From NCBI GenBank assembly GCA_029246685.1, contig JAQWMR010000013.1, positions 11,931-75,930 of the forward strand: DNA of 64,000 nt, read 5' to 3'. Positions 38,846 through 46,959 of this stretch are shown piece by piece (position 1 is the stretch's first letter; each line of letters opens with the position of its first letter). The translations under genes and the position numbers were made by a program. Below the pieces are notes generated by a model. That model worked only from the letters and a program-made list of their open reading frames with translations. It was not told where the DNA came from and searched no databases. Source of the stretch: Acidimicrobiales bacterium. Its GTDB lineage: Bacteria; Actinomycetota; Acidimicrobiia; Acidimicrobiales; Aldehydirespiratoraceae.

Positions 38846-41800
38846 ATGGGCGATTCGTTCACCCACCTCCACGTCCACACCGAGTATTCGATGCTCGACG
38901 GTGCCTCGCGCCTGGACGACCTCATCCACGCGGCTGCAGTGGACGGCCAACCCGCACTCGGGATCACCGATCACGGCAACATGTACGGCGTCCTCGACTT
39001 CTACCGCGGATGTCGCGACCAGGGCATCAAGCCCATCATCGGCACCGAGGTCTACCTCGCTCACGAATCGCGTGAGGAGCGCCCGAGCCGACGGGGGAAG
39101 GCCGATGACTCGGGCGGAGACACTGGTGGCGGCAAGAAGCTCTATTACCACGCGATCCTGCTCGCTGAGAACGACGTCGGTTACAAGAACCTGATCAAGC
39201 TGTCGTCGAAGGCCTTTCTGGAAGGCTTCCATTACAAGCCCAGAGCAGATTGGGAACTGCTCGACAAGTATCACGAGGGGCTGATCATCACCTCCGGGTG
39301 TCTGGGTGGCCACGTGCTGCAGAGCCTCATGCAGGGTCAAGAACAGGTCGCCCTCGAGCAAGCCGCGCGGTTCCAGGAGATCTTCGGGCGCGACAACTTC
39401 TTCATCGAAATCCAGGATCACGGCATCCCGGAGCAGCGTCAGACGAACCCGATGCTCTTGGAGATCGCGAAGAAGATCCAAGCGCCCGTCCTGGCGACCA
39501 ACGACAGCCACTACACCCATCAGCACGACGCCGAAGCCCACGACGCGCTCCTGTGCGTCCAGACGGGCGCCCTGCTGAGCGACACCGACCGCTTCAAGTT
39601 CCACGGTGACCAGCACTACCTGAAGTCCGCGGGCGAGATGCGCCGCTTGTTCGACGAGGTGCCCTCGGCGTGTGACAACTCGCTGTGGATCGCGGAGCGG
39701 GCCGACGTCACGATCGAATTCGGCCAACCGCAGTTGCCGGAGTTCCCTCTCCCGGAGGGTTTCATGACCGACACCGACTACCTGCGGCACCTCACCTACG
39801 AAGGGGCCAAAAAGCGGTGGGGTCAGACGCTGTCCCCGGAGATCACCGACCGGCTCGACTACGAGCTCGGTGTGATCGACAGCATGGGCTTCTCGGCGTA
39901 CTTCCTGATCACCTGGGACCTGATCAAGTTCGCCCGTGACCGAGACATCCGGGTCGGACCAGGTCGTGGATCGGCCGCAGGGTGCGCCGTCGCCTACACG
40001 CTCTGGATTACCGATCTCGACCCGATCAAGTACGACCTGCTGTTCGAACGCTTCCTCAACCCGTCGCGTGTGTCGATGCCCGACATCGACATGGACTTCG
40101 ACACCCGCTACCGCGACAACATGATCCGCTACGCGGCCGACAAGTACGGCCGCGACAACGTCGCCCAGATCGTCACCTTCTCGCAGATCAAGGCGCGCGC
40201 CGCTGTGCGCGACGCCGCCCGTGTGCTCGGCTACCCCTACGCCGTGGGCGACAAGGTGGCGAAGGCGATGCCGCCGCTGATCATGGGTCGCGACACGCCG
40301 CTCAAGTACTGCTTCGAGGAGCACCCGAAGTACATGGACGGCTACAACGCCGCCGGCGAGCTACGAGACATGGTGTCGTCCGATGCCGACATCGGTCGGG
40401 TCGTCGAGGTCGCCAAGGGGCTTGAAGGCATGCGGCGCCAGGACGGCATCCATGCCGCGGCGGTGGTGATCACCAACGAACCGCTCACCGAGTACCTGCC
40501 GATCCAGCGCAAGCCGGAGGCGGGCAAAACCATCGAAGAAGCGCCGGTGGTCACCCAATACGAGATGCACGGGGTGGAGGACCTCGGGCTGCTCAAGATG
40601 GACTTCCTCGGCCTGCGAAACCTCGATGTCATCTCGGACTGCCTCGAGTTGATGCAGGAAACGCAGGGTGTCGAGCTCGACATCGATGCGGTGGACCTCG
40701 AGGACGGGCCGACGTTCGATCTGCTGAAGGCGGGCAACACCATCGGCGTGTTCCAGCTGGAGTCCGGCCCCATGCGGTCCCTGATCCGGTCGCTGGCCCC
40801 CGACTCCTTCGACGACGTCGCCGCGCTCGTCGCGCTCTATCGGCCCGGGCCGATGGCGGCGAACATGCACAACGACTACGCCGATCGCAAGAACGGTCGG
40901 CAGGACATCTCGTTCATCCACGACGACGCCCGCGAGATCTTGGGCGACACCTACGGCCTGATGATCTATCAGGAGAGCGTCATGCGGATGGCGCAGAAGT
41001 TCGCCGGCTACTCGCTCGCCGAAGCGGACTCGTTACGCAAGGCGATGGGCAAGAAGATCCGTGAAGCGATGGAGAAGGAGCGTGAGAAGTTCGTCACCGG
41101 CGTCATCGACAACGGCTACGAAGAGCGTCTGGCGACGGAGATGTTCGACATCATCGCCCAGTTCGCCGACTACGCATTCAACAAGTCCCACTCCTACGGC
41201 TATGGCTACGTCGCCTACCAAATCGCCTACCTGAAGGCGAACTTCCCGGTCGAGTACCTGTCGGCGCTACTCACGAGCGTCAAGACGAAGCTGGAGTCAG
41301 CCGCCGTCTACCTCAACGAGTGCCGGCTCATGGGCATCGAGGTCGAGGTGCCCGACATCAACCGCTCGGAGTCCGACTTCACGCCGGTGCCGGATCTTGA
41401 TCCGGACGCCACCAGCCCGGGCAACATCGTCTTCGGCCTCTCTGCCATCCGCAACGTGGGTGTCGGCTTCGTCGAGAAGGTGCTCGAGGAGCGCAACGCC
41501 AACGGACCGTTCGAGTCGTTCGTCGACTTCGTGGAGCGCGTCGATCTCGAGGCGCTCAACAAGCGCACGATCGAGTCGTTGATCAAGGGCGGCGCGTTCG
41601 ACTCGCTGGGTCATGCCCGCAAGGGGCTGCTCCAGGTCCACGAGCAGATCATCGATCTCACGGTGCAACGCCGCAAAGAGCACGACATGGGCGTCATGTC
41701 GCTCTTCGGCGAGTTGGATGACGGGCCAAGCTTCGACGAGCGCCCGACGGTGTCCGACGTCGAGTTCGACAAGATGCCGAAGCTCGCCCACGAGAAGGAA

Positions 41801-42382
41801 ATGCTCGGTCTCTACATCTCCGATCATCCGCTGCTCGGCTTCCAGCAGCACGTGCGGCGCAAGGCCGACTGCGCGGTGGCCGAACTCGCCGACGCCGAAG
41901 ACGGGGCGATCAAGAAGGTCGGTGGCGTGATCACCAATCTCCAGCGCAAGTGGACGCGCAAAGGCGACCTCATGGCGGTCTTCGAGCTCGAGGACCTCGA
42001 AGGCACCGTCGAGGTCATGGTGTTCCCTCGCACGATGCAGGAGCACGGTCCCAAGTTGGAGGACGACACGATCGTGCTCATTCGCGGGCGTCTGGAGAAC
42101 TCCGACGACCTGCCGAAGATGTTTGCCCAGGACATCGAGATCATCGAGGACCTGTCCGACAACCAGCCGGTCCGCGTGAAGTTTCCTCCCGACAGCGGCG
42201 ACGACGGTCAACTGGCCGAACTTAAGTCGATCCTTGCCGCCCATCCCGGCGACTCGCCGGTCGAAATCCACCTCAGCGACCGCCGGGTCATTCGGCTGCC
42301 GGAGGAGTATGCGGTCAACAACGCGAACGGCGTTGTGGCCGAGCTACGGGTGCTTCTCGGCCCCGATGCGATCCTCGTCTGA
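38846..42382 (+). CDS. dnaE: DNA polymerase III alpha subunit (replicative DnaE1)
   Basis: HLHVHTEYSMLDG PHP domain, GRGSAAG, PDIDMDF, KMDFLGL, YAFNKSH; no intein evident. Confidence 0.98.
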   Translation: MGDSFTHLHVHTEYSMLDGASRLDDLIHAAAVDGQPALGITDHGNMYGVLDFYRGCRDQGIKPIIGTEVYLAHESREERPSRRGKADDSGGDTGGGKKLYYHAILLAENDVGYKNLIKLSSKAFLEGFHYKPRADWELLDKYHEGLIITSGCLGGHVLQSLMQGQEQVALEQAARFQEIFGRDNFFIEIQDHGIPEQRQTNPMLLEIAKKIQAPVLATNDSHYTHQHDAEAHDALLCVQTGALLSDTDRFKFHGDQHYLKSAGEMRRLFDEVPSACDNSLWIAERADVTIEFGQPQLPEFPLPEGFMTDTDYLRHLTYEGAKKRWGQTLSPEITDRLDYELGVIDSMGFSAYFLITWDLIKFARDRDIRVGPGRGSAAGCAVAYTLWITDLDPIKYDLLFERFLNPSRVSMPDIDMDFDTRYRDNMIRYAADKYGRDNVAQIVTFSQIKARAAVRDAARVLGYPYAVGDKVAKAMPPLIMGRDTPLKYCFEEHPKYMDGYNAAGELRDMVSSDADIGRVVEVAKGLEGMRRQDGIHAAAVVITNEPLTEYLPIQRKPEAGKTIEEAPVVTQYEMHGVEDLGLLKMDFLGLRNLDVISDCLELMQETQGVELDIDAVDLEDGPTFDLLKAGNTIGVFQLESGPMRSLIRSLAPDSFDDVAALVALYRPGPMAANMHNDYADRKNGRQDISFIHDDAREILGDTYGLMIYQESVMRMAQKFAGYSLAEADSLRKAMGKKIREAMEKEREKFVTGVIDNGYEERLATEMFDIIAQFADYAFNKSHSYGYGYVAYQIAYLKANFPVEYLSALLTSVKTKLESAAVYLNECRLMGIEVEVPDINRSESDFTPVPDLDPDATSPGNIVFGLSAIRNVGVGFVEKVLEERNANGPFESFVDFVERVDLEALNKRTIESLIKGGAFDSLGHARKGLLQVHEQIIDLTVQRRKEHDMGVMSLFGELDDGPSFDERPTVSDVEFDKMPKLAHEKEMLGLYISDHPLLGFQQHVRRKADCAVAELADAEDGAIKKVGGVITNLQRKWTRKGDLMAVFELEDLEGTVEVMVFPRTMQEHGPKLEDDTIVLIRGRLENSDDLPKMFAQDIEIIEDLSDNQPVRVKFPPDSGDDGQLAELKSILAAHPGDSPVEIHLSDRRVIRLPEEYAVNNANGVVAELRVLLGPDAILV

Positions 42383-42526
42383 GGCCCCCGCGACAAGAAA
42401 TCGCGTAGGGATGCGACGCGTTCACGCGGTGTGAGGTTGCGAATCGGCCTCGAACCCTGAAAACTGTATGGGCCCGGTCGAGCGGTCGGGGAGTACCAGA
42501 TTCACGTATGTGGGGGCCGGCAGCCG

Positions 42527-43195
42527 ATGGCAATCGAAGTCGAGACGAAGGACTGCACGGCGGTCAGCGATGCCGAACTGGCGGAGATGGCAGATCTCTG
42601 TGCCGAGTCGCCCAACGCATTTGAGGTCGGGCTGCTGTCGAAGCAGTGCGAAGAGTGGGTCCTCGTGACCGTCGCGAGCGAGGGTGGCAAGATCCGCGGA
42701 TTCTCGTTCTGCACGCTCGAGCGCATCGGTGGCACGCCGAGCCTCCTCATCGGTGCCGGACACATCTGCCGCACGACCAAGCGCGACACCGTGCTGCGAG
42801 CGATAATGTCCGACCAGCTCCGACGCAGTGTTCTTGCGTTCCCCGACGAAGACGTCCTCGTCGGCACCCAAATCAACGATGCGGGTGCGTTCGAGGCCTA
42901 CAAGGCGCTCGACGACATCGTTCCCCGGCCCGGCCACAAGGCATCCGGTGAGGAGCGAGCATGGGGCCGTCGCCTCGTGAAGCGCTTCGGCATCGATGCC
43001 GGCACCTACGAAGATCGCGAGTTCACGGTCCGAGGCGATGGCGCTCCCGCGGTCGTCCTCGACCATGCCAGCTCGAAGCCCGAGAAGATCGACGCCGATG
43101 TCGCTGCGCAGCTCGACGGCCTCGACATAGCGGCCGGCGACACGCTGATCGCGTTCGGCTGGGCCATGGCCGAGGATCTCGAGAAGCTCCTCTGA
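42527..43195 (+). CDS. Hypothetical protein (possible degenerate GNAT-like fold)
   Basis: Clean 222 aa ORF with strong GC3 bias; beta-strand pattern IRGFSFCTLERIGG; no definite family recognised. Confidence 0.7.
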   Translation: MAIEVETKDCTAVSDAELAEMADLCAESPNAFEVGLLSKQCEEWVLVTVASEGGKIRGFSFCTLERIGGTPSLLIGAGHICRTTKRDTVLRAIMSDQLRRSVLAFPDEDVLVGTQINDAGAFEAYKALDDIVPRPGHKASGEERAWGRRLVKRFGIDAGTYEDREFTVRGDGAPAVVLDHASSKPEKIDADVAAQLDGLDIAAGDTLIAFGWAMAEDLEKLL

Positions 43196-43205
43196 GCGGA
43201 GCGTC

Positions 43206-43814
43206 CTGACCGACGACTCCTTCGCCGACGTCGTTCGCCGCCGGCGGATGACCCGGGCGTTCCTCGGTACGCCAATCGAGCCCGGCGTGATCGACGCCAT
43301 TCTCGACCGCGCTCGGCGGGCGCCGTCGGCGGGTAACACCGGTTCCATCGAATTCTTGGTCCTCGAGGGTCCCGAACAGATCGCCTCGTACTGGGACACC
43401 ACGTTGCCGATCGAACGGCGGGCGACGTTCCCTTGGCCTCGGCTGCTCGACGCGCCCGTGCTGGTGGTGCCGTGGGTGGACCCGGCCGGCTACGTCGAGC
43501 GTTACGCGGAGGCCGACAAGGCCCACACCGGCCTCGGCACAGCTGACGACGCATGGCCCGTGCCGTACTGGTTCGTCGACGGCGGCGCCGCGGTGATGGC
43601 GCTGCTTCTCGAGGTGGAGGCCCGCTCGCTCGGCGCGCTGCTGTTCGGGCTCTTCGGCCACGAAGACGCCGTTCGCTCCCGCTTCGACATCCCCGCCGGC
43701 CGCCGCGCCGTCGGCACGATCGCCATCGGCCACCCCGCGCCCGACCGCCCATCGGCCTCGGCGTCGCGCCCCCGGGGCCCCCTCGACGAGATCATCCACC
43801 GCCGCCGTTGGTAG
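43206..43814 (+). CDS. Nitroreductase family protein
   Basis: VVRRRRMTRAF, ARRAPSAGN, YWFVDGGAA, IAIGHP; start codon uncertain. Confidence 0.87.
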   Translation: MTDDSFADVVRRRRMTRAFLGTPIEPGVIDAILDRARRAPSAGNTGSIEFLVLEGPEQIASYWDTTLPIERRATFPWPRLLDAPVLVVPWVDPAGYVERYAEADKAHTGLGTADDAWPVPYWFVDGGAAVMALLLEVEARSLGALLFGLFGHEDAVRSRFDIPAGRRAVGTIAIGHPAPDRPSASASRPRGPLDEIIHRRRW

Positions 43815-43914
43815 GTCAGACCTGGTGACGGTGAACGCCGGGGCGGGTTGGTGGGATCGGGAACGGCGACGTTACGCTCGGATCTGTTCCCCAACTCCCC
43901 ACTCGGAGGCATCG

Positions 43915-44379
43915 ATGGCCGCCAAAAAGGCCGCAAAACGTCCCGCCAAGAAGTCGGCGGCGAAGAAGCCCGCCAGGAAGAAGGCGACGAAGCAGATTCC
44001 GCTCGTCGAATACCTGCGCCTGGGGGAGCGGCCCTATCTGTCCGCCAACGAGTGCAAGAGCTGTGGTGCTCGGTACTTCGACCGGCGCAACGCCTGCGCG
44101 AGTTGCGGCAGGCAGGAGTTCAAGAAGGCTCGCGTTCGCAACGGCGCCAAGCTGAAGGCGTTCACCATCGTGCACCGTGCTGCCCCCGGTATTCCGGCGC
44201 CGTACGTGTCGGCGATCGTGGAGACCGACGATGGCACCACCGTGCGTTCCAACGTGGTCAACTGTGATCCCACTCCCGAGACCGTCAACCTCGGTATGAA
44301 GCTGAAGCTCACCACCTATCCGATCGGCAAGGACGACGAGGGCACTGAAGCCGTCGCGTTCGGCTACGAGCCGGTCTGA
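43915..44379 (+). CDS. DUF35 Zn-ribbon/OB-fold thiolase partner with Lys/Ala-rich N-terminal tail
   Basis: CKSCG...CASCG, FTIVHRA, PYVSAIV; GGAGG RBS before ATG 43915. Confidence 0.88.
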   Translation: MAAKKAAKRPAKKSAAKKPARKKATKQIPLVEYLRLGERPYLSANECKSCGARYFDRRNACASCGRQEFKKARVRNGAKLKAFTIVHRAAPGIPAPYVSAIVETDDGTTVRSNVVNCDPTPETVNLGMKLKLTTYPIGKDDEGTEAVAFGYEPV

Positions 44380-44408
44380 CGAGACCGGTCCTGAAAGGCA
44401 GAACAGAC

Positions 44409-45725
44409 ATGGCAGCAAAGAAGTCCCCGACAAAGAAGAAGACAGTGTCTAAAAGGACGCAGCCGAAGAAGACACAGCCGAAGAAGCCCGCCGCAAAGAA
44501 GAAGACCGCGGCGAGCAAGATCGACGACAACAGCGTGTGGCTGATCGGCACCGACATGACGGCCTTCGGTCGTTACCCGGATCAGGATCTCGTCGACCTC
44601 GGCGCCCAGGTGGCGATGAATGCGATGGCCGACGGTGGCGTCACGATCCAGGACATGGACGTGCTGGGCGCCGGCACCCTGTTCCAGGCGAGCACCGGCT
44701 ACGGCCAGCGTCTTCAGAAGCAGATCGGCCAGACGGGCAGCCCGGTCTTCAACGTTTCCAACGCATGCGCGACTGGGGCCACCGCGATTCGCACGGTCTA
44801 TCTCTCGATCAAGGCCGGCGAGGCCGACATGGGCCTTGCCGTCGGCGCTGAGCAGATGGGCAAGATGGGGCTGCTGGGCGGCGCTGGTTCGAAGAAGGAG
44901 AAGAACGTCTACGAACCGAGCGGCCGAGAAGGCGCGGTCACGGGAACGGACGGATACCTCGGTACCGCCGGCATGCCCGGCGTCTTCGCCCAGGCCGGCA
45001 TGGAGTACGCCAACGACTACGACGGCGTCGGCTTCGAGCAGTTCGCCAAGGTGGCCTACAAGAACCACCTCCATTCCACGCTGAACCCGCTGGCGCAGTA
45101 CCGCAAGGAGTTCTCGATGGAGGAGATCATGGGTGCGCCCACGATGTCCTACCCGAACACTCTGCTGATGTGCTGCCCCACTGGTGACGGTGCCGCGGCT
45201 GCGGTGCTCGTCTCCGGCGAGCGGCTCAAGAGCATGCCGAAGAAGGTCCAGAAGCGGGCCGTGAAGATCTCGGCTTCGGTGCTGACCTCGGACCCGTACA
45301 CGGAGTCCGCCCAGGTACAGCCCGACGTGAACACGCTGACGCAGAACGCCGCCGCGCAGGCCTACGAGACTGCGGGTGTCGATCCGAAGGACCTCGACTT
45401 GGTGGAGCTGCACGACTGCTTCGCCACGGCCGAGCTCATCCACTACGACAACCTCGGCCTGTGTGAGAAGGGTGGTGCCGGCGACTTCATCGACTCCGGC
45501 GCCCCGTTCCGCGACGGCGCGACCCCGGTCAACGTGTCGGGCGGTCTGATCTCGAAGGGCCACCCGATCGGTGCAACTGGCGTCGCGAACGTCTACGAGG
45601 TCGCCACCCACCTTCGCGGTGAAGCCGGTGATCGTCAGATCAAGGGTGCCAAGGTCGGCTTGGCCCACGTGATCGGCCTCGGATCGGCGTGCGGCGTGCA
45701 TGTCATGGAGAAGTCCGGTCTCTGA
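44409..45725 (+). CDS. SCP2-type thiolase (lipid-transfer protein family) with Lys-rich N-terminal tail
   Basis: NACATG, GDGAAA, ELHDCF, NVSGGLISKGHPIGATG. Confidence 0.9.
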   Translation: MAAKKSPTKKKTVSKRTQPKKTQPKKPAAKKKTAASKIDDNSVWLIGTDMTAFGRYPDQDLVDLGAQVAMNAMADGGVTIQDMDVLGAGTLFQASTGYGQRLQKQIGQTGSPVFNVSNACATGATAIRTVYLSIKAGEADMGLAVGAEQMGKMGLLGGAGSKKEKNVYEPSGREGAVTGTDGYLGTAGMPGVFAQAGMEYANDYDGVGFEQFAKVAYKNHLHSTLNPLAQYRKEFSMEEIMGAPTMSYPNTLLMCCPTGDGAAAAVLVSGERLKSMPKKVQKRAVKISASVLTSDPYTESAQVQPDVNTLTQNAAAQAYETAGVDPKDLDLVELHDCFATAELIHYDNLGLCEKGGAGDFIDSGAPFRDGATPVNVSGGLISKGHPIGATGVANVYEVATHLRGEAGDRQIKGAKVGLAHVIGLGSACGVHVMEKSGL

Positions 45726-45755
45726 TCATCGGCCTCGCACGGGTCGTCTGATCCG

Positions 45756-46220
45756 GTGAACGATTCGCAACGGGCACGGTCCGGCTCCGATGGGGTCTGG
45801 GTCCGTGCCCGTGGCGCGTATGTGGCCCTGCTCGGCGATGAGGACCCTGCTGCCGCCGCGCTGGCGACGGGTGCGGTGGATCTTCGGCCCGGCCACTCGG
45901 ACGAGGTCCCTGACTCGGCGGCTGCAACCCTCGTCTCCGGCCCCGACGATCTTGCCGAACTGCGCGAGATCGTCGAGTCGGCCACCGGTGTCGGCACATG
46001 GCCGAGGTCGTCGGCCACGGACGGCGAGATCATCACGGTCGAGCTACGGCTGGAGCGTCCGGCCGCGCTTCTCGGCCTCCTCCTGGCTATGGAAGGCGTC
46101 ATCGAGCGGCGCAGCCCGTGGGGTCGGTGGCGGACGATGGTCGACACGATGGCGGCACGGGTCCAGGAACTGGATGTCGTGACGATCGACAACCGACTTC
46201 GAAAGTCGCTCGACGACTGA
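45756..46220 (+). CDS. Hypothetical protein
   Basis: 154 aa ORF with host-like codon bias filling the gap; no motif recognised. Confidence 0.55.
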   Translation: MNDSQRARSGSDGVWVRARGAYVALLGDEDPAAAALATGAVDLRPGHSDEVPDSAAATLVSGPDDLAELREIVESATGVGTWPRSSATDGEIITVELRLERPAALLGLLLAMEGVIERRSPWGRWRTMVDTMAARVQELDVVTIDNRLRKSLDD

Positions 46221-46261
46221 TCGCTACCCCTACAGTTCCGTCGCACCTCTGGAGGAGGCCT

Positions 46262-46888
46262 GTGGATCTGTCGACGGTGATGGTCAACGTGGCGTACGCG
46301 ATCTACGTCGGCTCGACGTTCTTTCGCGATATCTTCCGCCTTCGGCTGATGCTGATTGCCGCGAGCGTGGCCTTCCTCGTTTGGGGAGTAGCCGACGACA
46401 ACCTGAGCGTGGTGCTCTGGAATGTCGCGTTCGGCGGATTCAGCGCCATCCAGGTGCTCCGGCTGCTTCGCGTCCGCCGTGCCGTGACGCTGTCGGAGCT
46501 GGAGACGAAGATCCGCGCGGACCGGTTCTCGGCGATGAGCAACCACGACTTTCTGCCTTCTGGGAGATGGGGGTGATCGGCGAGGTGATCGACGAGCGGC
46601 TGTCGGTCGAGGGTGAACATCACGGACGGCTCCTGCTCGTCACCAGCGGCTCGGTGTCCGTGCAACGCGTCGGGAAGGAGCTGCGTCAGTGTGGTGTCGG
46701 TGACTTCGTCGGCGAGATGAGCTTGCTCAGCGACGAGCGCCGATGCGATCGCCGATGGGCGGGTCACGTATCGGGAATGGACCCATGAGCGAATAAGTGG
46801 TCTTGCGCGGTCGGAGCCTGCACTCTCGGCGTCGATTCGGGCCGCGTCGGCCGGCGGGCTGACGCGAAAGTTCGGCATCGACCGCTAG
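46262..46888 (+). pseudogene. Frameshifted Popeye-domain-like (3-TM plus cNMP-binding) membrane protein
   Basis: GGAGG RBS and GTG at 46262; 3 TM helices (RDIFRLR, WNVAF); frameshift near 46553 into FWEMG...GDFVGEMSLL; second shift near 46735 into SADAIADG...TRKFGIDR, stop at 46886-46888. Confidence 0.7.
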
Positions 46889-46959
46889 CCGGGTCACCAT
46901 GGAAAATCCCTCTCGCGCGATGCGCGCGGGCCCCCGATCGCTCGTCTAGGTTCGACGTA

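Noticed and set aside
38846..42382. Intein in dnaE
   Set aside because: Length (1178 aa) and continuous motifs match an uninterrupted DnaE
46889..46959. Purine/ZTP riboswitch upstream of purL
   Set aside because: Gap is only about 70 nt with a -10 directly before the start; no aptamer motif seen
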